Positions 47,353-58,729 of a stretch of 64,000 nt of DNA are shown in pieces. The stretch covers positions 608,001 to 672,000 of the forward strand of contig CAVWVI010000003.1 in NCBI GenBank assembly GCA_963758495.1. The letters run 5' to 3'. The notes below the pieces were generated by a model. The model was not told the DNA's origin. It saw nothing but the letters and a program-made list of their open reading frames with translations, and did no database searches. This DNA is from Oligoflexia bacterium. GTDB taxonomy: Bacteria > Bdellovibrionota > UBA1018. Numbering within the stretch: the stretch's first letter is position 1; every line of letters begins with the position of its first letter. The position numbers and the translations under genes are program-made.

Positions 47353-50300
47353 TCAATACTGGTAATGGAATGACTGGGAATCATGACCAATAGTACCAAT
47401 TTGATAAGTGAACGAGTAATCGATTCCATCTCCAGTTTTCAGCCCCTGAATGACGAGACTCCAGCTCTTATCTTGAGCTTGTATCATTCGAACATTTTGT
47501 TGCAGACCATTTTTATTCACTAGATAGTGAATATCCACAAATCCAAACCCAACCGATGAATTAGTTGGAATGACAGTAATTGTAACTTGTCCATTTCCAC
47601 TCACTACAACGTTTTGGCTCAAATCACCTACCGGCGTTGGCGTTGGCGTTGGCGTTGGCGTTGGTGTTGGCGTTGGTGTTGGCGTTGGCGTTGGCGTTGG
47701 CGTTGGCGTTGGCGTTGGTGTTGGCGTTGGCGTTGGTGTTGGCGTTGGCGTTGGTGTTGGCGTTGGCGTTGGTGTTGGCGTTGGTGTTGGATTCACACTT
47801 GGATAGATAAATTGAAACAGACTCGAATCATGACCAATAGTGCCAATTTGATACGTAAAAGAATAACTGAGCACATCACCTTGTTTCAACCCAGATATAT
47901 TAAGACTCCATGTTCCGTCATTAGCTTGCACCATTCGGACATTCTGCTGAGGATTAGCTTGATTTATTATATAATGGATATCTGCAAATCCGAATCCTGT
48001 TGATAGATTACTTGGAGTGAGAGTAACAGTTACTTCTCCATTTCCGCTCACTACAACCATTTGAGTAAAATCACCTACTGGCGTTGGTGTTGGCGTTGGT
48101 GTTGGCGTTGGTGTTGGCGTTGGCGTTGGTGTTGGCGTTGGCGTTGGCGTTGGCGTTGGCGTTGGCGTTGGTGTTGGCGTTGGCGTTGGCGTTGGTGTTG
48201 GTGTTGGTGTTGGTGTTGGCGTTGGCGTTGGCGTTGGCGTTGGTGTTGGTGTTGGTGTTGGCGTTGGTGTTGGTGTTGGTGTTGGCGTTGGTGTTGGTGT
48301 TGGTATTGGTGTTGGTATTGGTGTTGGCGTTGGCGTTGGTGTAATACCTCCTTGTGATGAAATCAGTGCACCGGCAGGCACACTTAACTGAGTTCCGTCT
48401 GAAAAATTCACCGGAACAGTTGAAGAACTAGAATTATAAGCTACGTATTGACGAACCCCGTTATTGTTAAATACTGCATAGGTGGGAAGATCTGCAGTAA
48501 CTTGAGTATCAAGTTGACCAAATGTATTTAAATTCTGAATCCAATAATAAGTATGGGCGTTTGTCTCTCCGGTTTCGATAGTGTAATTCAGATTATTATT
48601 AAATTCAGCTACAGCTGCAGCAGGGTTATACAGGGCTTCAATACTCATATGAATATCCCTCCATCTATCAGGATTCGATCCACTATGAGTTCTCATATAA
48701 GTTTGATTGGTTTGAAGATAACTTGGATTTCTTCCTAAATAAAGAGAGCCTCCTGTAACTGGCATAAAATTAATACCGTGCAATTCTTCTCGATAACCAT
48801 CCCACCAGATTGAGTAAGCGCCTCCATCAAGCCAAACCATCCCCAAGGTGGGTTCAGGAAAATCTGATGGAATAGTCTGTTTATCAATATTAAACCAATA
48901 CTGCTCGATCGCGGACGCCTCAGTAGCATAAAGATAAATCCCAAAATCGCGAATCGTATCATTGTGTGTCGCGACACCCCAAAGCATCACACCTGACGAA
49001 AAATTCATACTTTCTGATGAAGATTCTTCGTTATTACCAGCAGCAAAAAGAGAGGGCCCACTCGCCCAACCATGACCAGAAAAGGAATCAAACATTCGTA
49101 AAAATGGAAATCGACTGTCCGTTCGGTCCCAGTTATTCGCGTCCTTAATTAAAAGTTCGACCATGCCACCGTATTGACTTTGGGATGCCCAGTTCGAATC
49201 ATATTGAGCAATCGTTGCTGCTGCTTGAATAAAATAACCATAATGAAAATGATGATCATTTAATTGAGTATCAGTTCCGTAACTAGCAGGATAGCCAATG
49301 AGAGTGTTCCAAGTAGAATCATAATAAAATTGACGCGAGTTTTGACCTTGAAACCAGTCCTGCAACCCACTTTTTAATTCGGATAAGAAAAGATCACGTG
49401 CAGCCGTGTAATTAATTTGATCTGCGATGCGAACTAACCTTGCAATTCGACCTAGAGCCTTTCCATACCAGTAGGTATCAGTCCCTGCATTAACACCCCA
49501 ACGATCAGATGGGCTTAGATTATAAATATTATTAACATACTGATAAAGTTGGGCAGATGAAAAACCGTTTATTCCATCTTGTGCTACTAAAGGTAGCTCA
49601 GGTAGAATTCCATTGAAAGTTAATTGAGTTGAAAAACTTGAAGCATCGACTACTTTCATCGTTCCTCGTGAAGAAACATACGTGTAGGAAGTAACCGGAT
49701 CACTCGAATTCATCCATTGATGACGAAACAAAGCTATCAAGGGTCGATTTACATTATTATTTCCACTCTCTTTTAAAACAGTGTCCGCACTATATTGAGT
49801 CACTATCTGAGCGTGCGTTGAATCATAAGTCCAATTAACACTCGTATTTACAACAAATGCATAAGCATGCTGTCGATAAATTTCAAGAGTACTTGTTGTA
49901 TTATCAGGCAATACTGCAACTGAAAGATAGTCTTGTCCATTTTGACTTGACGTTAATTGCGTTGAACTCGGCGAAGTCCAAACTGACCCCGAGGGAGCAA
50001 AGATTCCGTAATTATGTCCATTAACACTAACGCCCAGAACACCACCGTTTTGATACCAGACGACCGGAGTACTGCTAAAATTAATTACCGCATTGCCTCC
50101 GTTTACACTAAAATAAGCATACGGAATACCTTGACTCATTGTGCTTTTTAAAGTTCTAACACCATCACTCCAGACCGCTGTCACAGCCCAATCAGAATAA
50201 CTTTCAACTTCAGTGTCAGAAGAAGTTAATCCTTGTACACCTACACTCAAATCTTGCTGAAATCCATAATGATATTCATGAACCGTCAATCCTAAATCCG

Positions 50301-50631
50301 TAGTCACATAAGGCGTAATTGAGTATTGGGTACTATAACCTAACCCTAATCCTCCACTCACTGCCTTCATCGAAAGCGGATACGAAAACAAATTTTGAGA
50401 ATATTGCTGAGTTGGGTCATATTTCCATAATATTGAGGTCCACCATTTATGTGTGGCAGTTGGAAGCGAAAAACTCGAAGTAACCCGAGGCACCACGGAA
50501 GTGCCATTCTGGTCAGAGGGACCTGACGTACCTGCAGGGAGAGTTGTGGTATAATTTCCAGCACCTACTGGAACTAAAACAAACAAAAGCGACCAATAGT
50601 CCTGGAAACACTTAAAGTTAATTTTTCTCAC
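47353..50631 (-). CDS. GH81 endo-beta-1,3-glucanase with PT linkers and two CBM56-like modules
   Basis: [16 protein letters not shown]; repeated C-terminal modules DIHY..N...QQNVRM...YSFTY. Confidence 0.88.
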   Translation of the reverse strand: MRKINFKCFQDYWSLLFVLVPVGAGNYTTTLPAGTSGPSDQNGTSVVPRVTSSFSLPTATHKWWTSILWKYDPTQQYSQNLFSYPLSMKAVSGGLGLGYSTQYSITPYVTTDLGLTVHEYHYGFQQDLSVGVQGLTSSDTEVESYSDWAVTAVWSDGVRTLKSTMSQGIPYAYFSVNGGNAVINFSSTPVVWYQNGGVLGVSVNGHNYGIFAPSGSVWTSPSSTQLTSSQNGQDYLSVAVLPDNTTSTLEIYRQHAYAFVVNTSVNWTYDSTHAQIVTQYSADTVLKESGNNNVNRPLIALFRHQWMNSSDPVTSYTYVSSRGTMKVVDASSFSTQLTFNGILPELPLVAQDGINGFSSAQLYQYVNNIYNLSPSDRWGVNAGTDTYWYGKALGRIARLVRIADQINYTAARDLFLSELKSGLQDWFQGQNSRQFYYDSTWNTLIGYPASYGTDTQLNDHHFHYGYFIQAAATIAQYDSNWASQSQYGGMVELLIKDANNWDRTDSRFPFLRMFDSFSGHGWASGPSLFAAGNNEESSSESMNFSSGVMLWGVATHNDTIRDFGIYLYATEASAIEQYWFNIDKQTIPSDFPEPTLGMVWLDGGAYSIWWDGYREELHGINFMPVTGGSLYLGRNPSYLQTNQTYMRTHSGSNPDRWRDIHMSIEALYNPAAAVAEFNNNLNYTIETGETNAHTYYWIQNLNTFGQLDTQVTADLPTYAVFNNNGVRQYVAYNSSSSTVPVNFSDGTQLSVPAGALISSQGGITPTPTPTPIPTPIPTPTPTPTPTPTPTPTPTPTPTPTPTPTPTPTPTPTPTPTPTPTPTPTPTPTPTPTPTPTPTPTPTPTPTPTPTPVGDFTQMVVVSGNGEVTVTLTPSNLSTGFGFADIHYIINQANPQQNVRMVQANDGTWSLNISGLKQGDVLSYSFTYQIGTIGHDSSLFQFIYPSVNPTPTPTPTPTPTPTPTPTPTPTPTPTPTPTPTPTPTPTPTPTPTPTPTPTPTPVGDLSQNVVVSGNGQVTITVIPTNSSVGFGFVDIHYLVNKNGLQQNVRMIQAQDKSWSLVIQGLKTGDGIDYSFTYQIGTIGHDSQSFHYQY
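47632..47790. repeat. Hexamer tandem repeat encoding (Pro-Thr)n, about 26 units
   Basis: (TGGYGT)n on plus strand. Confidence 0.95.
48079..48342. repeat. Hexamer tandem repeat encoding (Pro-Thr)n, about 44 units
   Basis: (TGGYGT)n on plus strand. Confidence 0.95.
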
Positions 50632-50898
50632 AAGCCCCCCATGCTGAAGTTATCAACAAGAATGAAGTCCCCACAGTAAGCAGACAACCTAAGAATTATT
50701 ATTATTATGTGTAGATATTTACAAATTAACAATAGATCAAATTTATATTTATAAATACCTTCTGAAGATTTTCTTTAAGGGTAGGTAATTCTTTTACCCA
50801 TTTCTAGCTCAAATAAGTAAGACGATCACATCAGGGCGTGAATATTTCAGCCATTTTTTCAATTTTTCGTGTATGAATGACATTCGGAGTTAAAAACC

Positions 50899-51843
50899 AT
50901 GCATTCAAAAAATGAGAATTCTTCACGAAAACTGAAGAACTATCTAGTGGCTGTTATTATCTACAACGTTCTTGTTATTCTCTGGGGTGCGTATGTTCGG
51001 GCTACTGGATCAGGAGCAGGATGCGGAAGTCATTGGCCTCTTTGCAATGGGCAATTGATTCCTATCCAAACAAGTATTCATACTCAAATCGAGTTTTTGC
51101 ACAGAATCTCTTCTGGACTCTCTCTACCCTTGGTCCTTCTAGGTACGAGTTGGATTTTTCGTCAGTATTCAAAAGGAACCTGGATAAGAAAACTTGCTGC
51201 AATAGCAAGCATTTCTATTATTATGGAAGCTCTACTTGGAGCTGCGTTGGTGTTATTTGAGCTAGTTTCTCATGATCAGTCTTTAAAGAGAACAATCTCC
51301 ATTTCATTGCATTTTGCTAATACACTCATACTTTTAGGCTCGCTTGTTCTTACCGCTGCCAGTAGCGATCGAGAGGGAAAAGGCTGGAGTTGGAATTACC
51401 TTCCTTTTAAACGACAGGCCTTTCTTTTTGTTGCTCTTTTCTTTTGTGTAGGCATGGCTGGCTCAATCACGGCTTTAGGAGATACATTATTTCCATCCCA
51501 ATCGTTATCACACGGCATTCAGCAAGATTGGAATGCCTCAAGTCATTTTCTAGTTAAATTAAGGATTATCCATCCGCTGCTGGCAATTACTTTTGTATTA
51601 CTTGCAACTCCGTGGATTTTTTCAAATTTAGCTCAAAGTCTTTCATCAACCTTTAAATATTGGGGAAAGCTTTTGCTCTCCCTATTATTTTTGAATGTTG
51701 TTATTGGAATTTTGAATTTAGTTTCTCTTGCTCCGATTCCACTTCAACTTCTACATCTATGTATGGCAGTGACCGTGTGGATTGTATGGGTTATTTTCTT
51801 AGATCAAGCTTTAGTTCAATCTAAAAATATCCAGACTTTATAA
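50899..51843 (+). CDS. ctaA: Heme A synthase (COX15/CtaA family)
   Basis: GAYVRATGSGAGCGSHWPLCNG, EFLHR, conserved His in TM helices. Confidence 0.85.
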   Translation: MHSKNENSSRKLKNYLVAVIIYNVLVILWGAYVRATGSGAGCGSHWPLCNGQLIPIQTSIHTQIEFLHRISSGLSLPLVLLGTSWIFRQYSKGTWIRKLAAIASISIIMEALLGAALVLFELVSHDQSLKRTISISLHFANTLILLGSLVLTAASSDREGKGWSWNYLPFKRQAFLFVALFFCVGMAGSITALGDTLFPSQSLSHGIQQDWNASSHFLVKLRIIHPLLAITFVLLATPWIFSNLAQSLSSTFKYWGKLLLSLLFLNVVIGILNLVSLAPIPLQLLHLCMAVTVWIVWVIFLDQALVQSKNIQTL

Positions 51844-51976
51844 AATTTATGTTAATTTTCAAGCAGGTCCTTGCTGTGTTCAGATTGAATTTAGCACTAA
51901 AAGCATGCCCGCTACAAATACAAATTTGTTTAAACTTTTGTAGCTCGCTCTAAGAAAAGTCTTCAGTAGCACTGAA

Positions 51977-52618
51977 ATGAAATATCCTATATGTCATAGT
52001 CTCCAACTTATGGAAGCAATTACTTTCTTCTCTCATTTGAGTCATTGGCAAATCGATTTTTTAACTTTTGGGTTACTACTATTAAGTACAATATTTACTC
52101 TTATTCCTGAAGAATTACTTTTCGTCACGCTTGGTTACCTTGCTCATTGCGGACGGATACACTCTCTAGAAGCCATTTTTGTTGCTAAGCTCGGGTTAAT
52201 TCCTGCTGATGCCCTTACCCTTTGGATCGGAAGAAAACTTGGAAAAAATATACTCAACCATAGGCCATTTCGATTCCTGTTCGCTGAAGAGACAGTAAAT
52301 CGTTCGTTAGAAAAATTTAAAAAATCCGGGGGTGTTCTCTTATTTTTTACTCGATTTACACCCTTCTTGCGTGCTCCCGTGTATGTGGCTGCCGGCATCT
52401 CTGGCTTTTCATTGCGACGCTCTATTGGGATCGATTTATTGGCAGCTTGTATACAAGTCCCTGCCCTCTTTTTAGTAGGCTTTATTTTTGGCAAAAGTGC
52501 GCAACCTTTTGTGACGCTTTTTACTTACTTAACACTGACTATAGCATTAATTTTTGGCATAGTCAGTATAGCCAAACCGATCATTCAATCTCGACGTAGA
52601 TGTCATGACCTGTCCTGA
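51977..52618 (+). CDS. DedA family membrane protein
   Basis: IPEE...GY, RFTPFLRAPVYVAAG. Confidence 0.88.
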   Translation: MKYPICHSLQLMEAITFFSHLSHWQIDFLTFGLLLLSTIFTLIPEELLFVTLGYLAHCGRIHSLEAIFVAKLGLIPADALTLWIGRKLGKNILNHRPFRFLFAEETVNRSLEKFKKSGGVLLFFTRFTPFLRAPVYVAAGISGFSLRRSIGIDLLAACIQVPALFLVGFIFGKSAQPFVTLFTYLTLTIALIFGIVSIAKPIIQSRRRCHDLS

Positions 52619-52656
52619 TCATGTGCCCCAAAAACCAGCACCTACAGGCGCTCTAA

Positions 52657-52757
52657 GTAAGTAGTTCCTTTAAGGCTGTCGACAAGCACTACAAGGAGTC
52701 CTGTTACGCTGTAAAGAATTGGATTCCCGGCGCAACAGGACTTCTCGCAGTGCTTAC
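52657..52757 (+). mobile_element. Palindromic MITE-like element (101 bp)
   Basis: GTAAGTAG...GTGCTTAC; flanks CGCTCTAA / CGTTCTAA. Confidence 0.9.
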
Positions 52758-52770
52758 CGTTCTAATCATA

Positions 52771-53271
52771 CTATGATTTTGTACGCTCAAGTCTTGTCAC
52801 ATCAACTTGAGCAGGAGTACCTATGCCGGACCAACTGGATTTCTCATAACCCTCGTCTCTGACTTTTTTCGAAGTTATTTCCGCTTCAACAATGGCATTA
52901 AAACCATTTTCTGCAGCAATAAAGGCAAGCCTCAGTATAGTTTCGTCCCGATCCTCGCAGTTATCAACCCGAGCGGTTTCCTTTGACTTTTTGAGCACTG
53001 GAACCGGTCTTCGTTGCGTATTAAAGAAAAAATAAAGACTTCGTGCCCGTTCCATGACCTCATTATAAGACTGGAGCTGAGGATCAACCTCTGCATCGTA
53101 ACACGGCGAACAATAATAGGTATGACTTAGCTCTTCTGGAAGATTTCTTAAAAACGAAAAAGTAGACGCCTCAAGAAATTGCACACACTCTTTACATACA
53201 AAATCTTGGCAAATCTCACAACTTAATGTAGCTTTTGGTCGACGACACGAAATACATACTTCTTGAAGCAT
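52771..53271 (-). CDS. Hypothetical Cys-rich protein with YbjQ-like C-terminal domain
   Basis: Four CxxC pairs; LAFIAAENGFNAIV...GIGTP. Confidence 0.7.
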   Translation of the reverse strand: MLQEVCISCRRPKATLSCEICQDFVCKECVQFLEASTFSFLRNLPEELSHTYYCSPCYDAEVDPQLQSYNEVMERARSLYFFFNTQRRPVPVLKKSKETARVDNCEDRDETILRLAFIAAENGFNAIVEAEITSKKVRDEGYEKSSWSGIGTPAQVDVTRLERTKS

Positions 53272-53380
53272 AATGACTCTTATCTATAGTTATTTCTAGC
53301 GATATAGCAAGAGCTGACTTAGAAAGTCAATATCTTAAAAAGGAGGCAATTAGAGCTGCCCAATTGCCCCCTAAACCTTG

Positions 53381-53935
53381 TTACTGAGTTTTATGCTGCT
53401 GAGTGAGTTCTAAAGTAATATCCCCAAACTGGGTGGTCATAACCTGTTTTACAGTCCCATCAATTACAACATCTCGTGTATTATCCCATATTTCAATATG
53501 ACTTACACTTTTTGTTTTAGCGACAATATGCAATGCCTTAAACGTCCCTGCTGGTACAGTGACTTCAGTATAATCTTGTGAAACAAGGACAGGCTTCTCA
53601 TCAGGAACTGACTCTTCCTTGCCATTATGAATTAATTTAAGTACTTTTGCTGAATCACGATCAAACAGAACATCTGTTTCATCTTCCTTTCCCATGGCAA
53701 CTACTTTTTCAGATAACCAAACACCATTCCCCTCTTCTTTGGTTACTTCCTTATGCATAGTTCCAAGACTTCCAAAGCTAGCATTTAAGTTATAATCGGA
53801 AGAATCCCCCACCTTCCACTTCAAGATCGACATTGGATCGATATTATATATTTGAGTCAAAGACTGACTAGCATTAGCTGCAAACCCCAGAAACAGCGAA
53901 AACATTATTAAAAAGCTTTTTTTCATAAATATCAT
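53381..53935 (-). CDS. Secreted hypothetical protein
   Basis: Signal peptide ANA; EVTVPAGTF motif. Confidence 0.75.
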   Translation of the reverse strand: MIFMKKSFLIMFSLFLGFAANASQSLTQIYNIDPMSILKWKVGDSSDYNLNASFGSLGTMHKEVTKEEGNGVWLSEKVVAMGKEDETDVLFDRDSAKVLKLIHNGKEESVPDEKPVLVSQDYTEVTVPAGTFKALHIVAKTKSVSHIEIWDNTRDVVIDGTVKQVMTTQFGDITLELTQQHKTQ

Positions 53936-54049
53936 TTCTCCTTATCTCAATAATATAGTCGTTCGCTAAAATGACCATCAGCATAAAATAAGGATTTATA
54001 TTTATTTTGTATTTTAATTTCTTGTAATTATCCTTTTGGATTTACTTAC

Positions 54050-54598
54050 TTACTCATTCAATCCCGACTTCGCAGAAACTCCAATCTTCCCTGCAACATT
54101 TTCAGCAACTCGGAGGTGATTTTCCAATACCGGAAGTATAGTTACGGCTAATTCCTTTACTTTAGGATTTTTTGCATTTTCTGCAGTCTGCTGAACTTCG
54201 CGCACATCCTCCCTATGATCCTTCAGCATCATCTGAACATACTCCTTGTCAAGCGCTCTTCCTGTTTGTCCCTCAATCCTTTTTACCGCTGAAAGCTGTT
54301 GTGCATCTATCTTTGAAGGAAGAGTGGCCCCATTCTCAATGGCCCATTGTTTAAGTTGATCATTGAGCTTCGTATGATCCTCCACCATCATCTTGCCGAA
54401 CTCTTTTACTGATTTTGACATGGCTTTTTGTTCCGCAAGTTTTCCAAGTTGAACTTCCGCCATATTTCCCATAGCTAGTTTATTAACAAAGTCCATGTCG
54501 GTTTGAGTTAAATTCGAAGTCTGTGCAGCGAAAGCTGCACCTTTCATTAAAATAAGCCCTATCAAAAATCCATGAGTCGTAAATAATCGCATATACAT
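54050..54598 (-). CDS. DUF4142 family exported protein
   Basis: EVQLGKLA...VKEFGKMMVEDH...DH...LPVLENHL. Confidence 0.85.
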   Translation of the reverse strand: MYMRLFTTHGFLIGLILMKGAAFAAQTSNLTQTDMDFVNKLAMGNMAEVQLGKLAEQKAMSKSVKEFGKMMVEDHTKLNDQLKQWAIENGATLPSKIDAQQLSAVKRIEGQTGRALDKEYVQMMLKDHREDVREVQQTAENAKNPKVKELAVTILPVLENHLRVAENVAGKIGVSAKSGLNE

Positions 54599-55107
54599 GG
54601 AGAAATGTCCTTCCTATTTGATTAGTTTGATGCGGGAGTTCTTTAAGTCATTCAGCAAAATGCTTTAGCAAAAAGAAGTCCAATTTTAAGTCTAAAAACA
54701 TAGCTCGTTAAAAAGTTTCAATCCATTCTGAATCTTAAAGCAGAATTCTATCCTAGACTCGTAGCAGGCTTACCAAAATCTTTAGTGGAACTTAACATTG
54801 AAAGTACTTACCTCCGAGTGAAAGAGTTTAAACGCTGGCAGAGAACCTTAGATCGCTTCAATCACTCACTATCGATAATAATGGATGTGGTGACGAGGTA
54901 ACCTACTTTAATTCAATTCATGTTAGAGTTTATTTAAAAATGAGATATTAAAGTGAAAAAATTTCACTGATTGCTTCAATAGTTTTTAAAGAATAATGAC
55001 CCCTTCAAAACGGCTGCCCTATTCAGAGCCGCTCCACCTTACGCACACCCCTTGCAAGTTAAATGAGTAATCTCAACATCATTTAATTTAAAAGGAGAAA
55101 ACAAAGT

Positions 55108-55971
55108 ATGTCTTTAGCAAACAAGAACAAATACAAATGGATATGGAAAGGAACATTAGCAACTTCCATACTCAGCCTGGCTGCTATTGCCTTCGCTCAA
55201 GAAAACATGCCAAACCAACCGGGTACTACTCCCGCAAGCCGACCAGGAATACCTAGCACTAGACCTTCGCCATCTGGAACTCCATCTACAACTTCACCTT
55301 CAGAAATGGTTTCACAACGAGAAGTCTACGAAGCCAATCTTCAATCATTAAATACGAATACTGCAACTCCAGTAACTGGAGCAGTACGATTCGTAGTTGA
55401 TGGAAGCAATGTAGGAATAGATCTTCAAGCCTCAGGACTAGCGCCTGACATGGCACATATACAAAATATTCGCGCCGGCAACACTTGTCCAGATTTGAGC
55501 GCCGATAAAAATGGAGACGGGATTATCGATAGTATAGAAGCAAGTAAAGTAGCCGGCCCTCCTGCCTTTATGCTCACTTTAAAGCCTCAACAAGGCGACA
55601 ATATTACTTTGTCCAGCACAACACAACTGGCAAACTACCCCGTATCTTCCTCGAGTGGTGATTTATTCTATATTAACTCATTTCCAGCAGCCATGGTCAC
55701 CACAGCATTAAATTCTCAGAGCCCCACTACCGGAAGTAGCACCCCCGGAACGATTGGCGCTCCAGGAACTACGGAAACACCCACCAGTCCCACAGGCTCT
55801 ACTTCCAGTTCAAATACTGAATCTAAGGTGAACTTGGAAAATCATTTAGTTTTTATTCATGGAGTTGCCCCAAACACTTCCTTACCTAGCACAGTCCAAA
55901 GTGAAAATGGGCTTTCAGCAACAGACACGATTCCTGTTGCATGTGGCGTGATTGTCCGAGTCACCCAGTAA
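55108..55971 (+). CDS. Secreted hypothetical protein (SOD-like fold candidate)
   Basis: AGGAG RBS, signal peptide AFA; CP...ADKNGDGIID, IHG, PVACG. Confidence 0.7.
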   Translation: MSLANKNKYKWIWKGTLATSILSLAAIAFAQENMPNQPGTTPASRPGIPSTRPSPSGTPSTTSPSEMVSQREVYEANLQSLNTNTATPVTGAVRFVVDGSNVGIDLQASGLAPDMAHIQNIRAGNTCPDLSADKNGDGIIDSIEASKVAGPPAFMLTLKPQQGDNITLSSTTQLANYPVSSSSGDLFYINSFPAAMVTTALNSQSPTTGSSTPGTIGAPGTTETPTSPTGSTSSSNTESKVNLENHLVFIHGVAPNTSLPSTVQSENGLSATDTIPVACGVIVRVTQ

Positions 55972-56014
55972 TTGAAGCAAAATTCTTTAGAAAAGCTCAA
56001 TTATTGTTCCATTA

Positions 56015-56045
56015 CAGGCCCTAGAAAGAACATTCCTAGGGCCTG
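56015..56045. terminator. Hairpin between convergent genes
   Basis: CAGGCCCTAG...CTAGGGCCTG. Confidence 0.65.
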
Positions 56046-56078
56046 AATTTTATAATATTTATACGCAATTTCACTCCC

Positions 56079-56615
56079 CTAATTCGCCGATGCACTTTGC
56101 CCATAAAGTATACCGTTAACTATCAAATAGCCCGACTCATGCCCCCTCGAAGAGGGATTTTTATGTACCCAATGCATAATAGCACCTGCTGGAGAGGCTG
56201 AATAAGACACGGTATTAGCGGTTGATGTTATATAATCACCACAAGCCTCTACTATCATTCCCAATGAAAGCTCAGGTAAAACACCAAAGCTTTCGTTGTA
56301 AACAATCTCTAAAGTATCTTCATCTACTGGTCCTAGCCGAATTTCGAAATGCTGGTGGCCATTTTTATTTTTATAAATCTGCTCAATAACCCCTTGCACA
56401 TGTGCACGTGCTCTGAATTGATTTTGAGTTGTATGCTTCCAGTTCAAAACCTGTTCATCATTCGTCGGAATTACAACTCCTCGATCAAGGCAATTAGGGC
56501 CTACTTGAGAGGCGAAAGCAGAATTCACCATCAAAACTAGAATAAAACTAAAAGTAGAAATCACACATATACAGTGACTTTGCAATCTTCTTGACTCCAT
56601 TTTTCTTCCCCCCAT
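56079..56615 (-). CDS. Secreted hypothetical protein (DUF3465-like OB fold)
   Basis: HQHF...G.Y...IMHWVH...HESGYL. Confidence 0.65.
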   Translation of the reverse strand: MGGRKMESRRLQSHCICVISTFSFILVLMVNSAFASQVGPNCLDRGVVIPTNDEQVLNWKHTTQNQFRARAHVQGVIEQIYKNKNGHQHFEIRLGPVDEDTLEIVYNESFGVLPELSLGMIVEACGDYITSTANTVSYSASPAGAIMHWVHKNPSSRGHESGYLIVNGILYGQSASAN

Positions 56616-56785
56616 TTACCTATATAAACTTCACAACAGTACCTTGAGAAAACCTATTAGAAAAGAGGGATTAAAAAAAATAAATAATACACTAAGAAGT
56701 CTAACCACCTATATTTGGACTCATCATATTAGAATCACCTAAAATCCTTGTTGAATCCCATTTTGCTCATCCTTTACTGTTTTTC

Positions 56786-56886
56786 GTAAGTAGTTCCTTT
56801 AGGGGTGTTGATTAGCACGATAAGGAGTCCTGCTGCGCCGTAAAGATTTGAATTCCCGGCGCAACAGGACCCCTTATCGTGCTTAC
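56786..56886 (+). mobile_element. Palindromic MITE-like element (101 bp) with perfect 8-bp target duplication
   Basis: TGTTTTTC | GTAAGTAG...GTGCTTAC | TGTTTTTC. Confidence 0.92.
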
Positions 56887-56973
56887 TGTTTTTCTATCTT
56901 CTAGTTGCGTAGTACTACACTAAAGGATAAGTGATGTCTTAATAAAATCTTCGAATTCGAAGTAGGAGGCAGT

Positions 56974-58689
56974 GTGATTCTTTTAAATCCAAAAAGGCAC
57001 GTACGTGAGTACCCTGACTCTCAATCCCGAGAGATCATGCTCAAAACGATCGCATTCTTCGAGTCTCGAGGCAAAAAACGACTTAAGCATGATGATCATG
57101 AAAGGATTTGGTACGCTGATTTTCTAGAATTTGTAAAAAAAGAAAAGATTTTTGCTACTCTGATGACACCCTCTTCCTACGGATCGCCTGACTCTCGTTG
57201 GGACACTTGGCGGATTTGTGAATTTAATGAAATCCTTGGCTTTTACGGACTTAACTATTGGTATACCTGGCAAGTTTCCATGCTCGGATTAGGTCCTATT
57301 TGGATGGGCCAAAACGAAGAAGTAAAGAAAAAAACTGCAAAACTGCTACAAGACGGAGGTATATTTGCCTTTGGCTTATCCGAAAAGGAGCATGGTGCAG
57401 ATCTATACTCAAGCGAAATGCGCCTTGAAAAACAGGAAAATGGCCAGTTCCTCGCCAATGGTCGTAAATATTATATTGGGAACGCGAATAAAGCCTCCCT
57501 CGTTTCAACTTTCGGAAAAATTGCAAATACCGATGACTATGTTTTTTTTGTCGTAGATTCTCAGCATAAAAACTACGAATGCGTAAAAAATACAGTAAAC
57601 TCTCAAAATTACGTTGCTGAGTATGCATTGCATAATTATCCTATCACAGAAGTTGATATTTTAACCCAAGGCAGGGCCGCGTGGGATTCCTCTTTGAACA
57701 CGATAAATATTTGCAAGTTCAACTTAGGTTGGGCTTCCATCGGCATCTGTACTCACTCCTTTTATGAAGCGATCAATCATGCTTCTAAGCGAAATCTTTT
57801 TGATCATTATGTAACTGACTTCCCCCATGTTAAGCAACTCTTTGTAGACGCTTATTCACGCCTGGTGGCTATGAAGTTATTTGCACTTCGAGCGGCAGAC
57901 TATATGCGCTCAGCTTCTTCTGAGGACCGCCGTTATCTACTCTATAATCCAATGGTTAAAATGAAAGTGACAACCCAGGGAGAAGAAGTCATTAATCATC
58001 TTTGGGATGTGATCGCTGCAAAAGGATTCGAAAAGGATATGTATTTCGAAATAGCAGCAAGAGATATTAGAGCTCTCCCTAAATTGGAAGGCACTGTTCA
58101 CGTCAACATGGCTCTTATCATCAAGTTCATGCAAAATTATTTCTTTAAACCAGCCAAACTCCCCTCTATCCCTAAGAGGGATGACCCTAAAAATGATGAA
58201 TTTCTTTTTCATCAAGGTCAAACAAAAGGATTGGGAAAAATCCGTTTTCATGACTACCGTATAGCCTATAACAGCGTCAATTTACCCAATGTAGAAGTTT
58301 TTAAAAAGCAGATTAAGATTTTAAAAGGTCTACTTGTGCTTGCTCGTCCAAGTAAAGATCAGACTCAAGATTTTGATTTCTTACTCATATTAGGTGAACT
58401 CTTCACCCTAGTTGCTTATGGTCAACTTATTATTGAAAATTCAAAAATTTATAAAATTGACGATGACTTGCTTGATCAAATATTTGATTTCATGGTGCGA
58501 GATTTCTCTAAATTTGCACTCCAACTCTACTCCAAAACGAGTAGTACACGCATCCAAATGTTCCTTTCTTCTCGAATGATCCAAAAACCTATTGGAAATC
58601 CAAAACGCTTTGAAAAAATCTGGACGGAACAAGTATATGCACTTAGAGAAAAGTATACAATGAACGAAGAACCCTCTACCATTCCTTAG
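56974..58689 (+). CDS. Acyl-CoA dehydrogenase
   Basis: FGLSEKEHGAD, NGRKYYIGN, LEGT; AGGAGG RBS. Confidence 0.92.
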   Translation: MILLNPKRHVREYPDSQSREIMLKTIAFFESRGKKRLKHDDHERIWYADFLEFVKKEKIFATLMTPSSYGSPDSRWDTWRICEFNEILGFYGLNYWYTWQVSMLGLGPIWMGQNEEVKKKTAKLLQDGGIFAFGLSEKEHGADLYSSEMRLEKQENGQFLANGRKYYIGNANKASLVSTFGKIANTDDYVFFVVDSQHKNYECVKNTVNSQNYVAEYALHNYPITEVDILTQGRAAWDSSLNTINICKFNLGWASIGICTHSFYEAINHASKRNLFDHYVTDFPHVKQLFVDAYSRLVAMKLFALRAADYMRSASSEDRRYLLYNPMVKMKVTTQGEEVINHLWDVIAAKGFEKDMYFEIAARDIRALPKLEGTVHVNMALIIKFMQNYFFKPAKLPSIPKRDDPKNDEFLFHQGQTKGLGKIRFHDYRIAYNSVNLPNVEVFKKQIKILKGLLVLARPSKDQTQDFDFLLILGELFTLVAYGQLIIENSKIYKIDDDLLDQIFDFMVRDFSKFALQLYSKTSSTRIQMFLSSRMIQKPIGNPKRFEKIWTEQVYALREKYTMNEEPSTIP

Positions 58690-58729
58690 AAGTTATATGT
58701 AATTCTAACTACTAACGAAAATAGTAAAA

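Noticed and set aside
47570..48357. Plus-strand ORFs with poly-WR/WC, GV or LV/LA
   Set aside because: Alternative-frame translations of the Pro-Thr hexamer arrays
54600..55100. Riboswitch or sRNA in the 500-bp divergent intergenic region
   Set aside because: No recognisable conserved motif or strong structure; needs an Rfam scan
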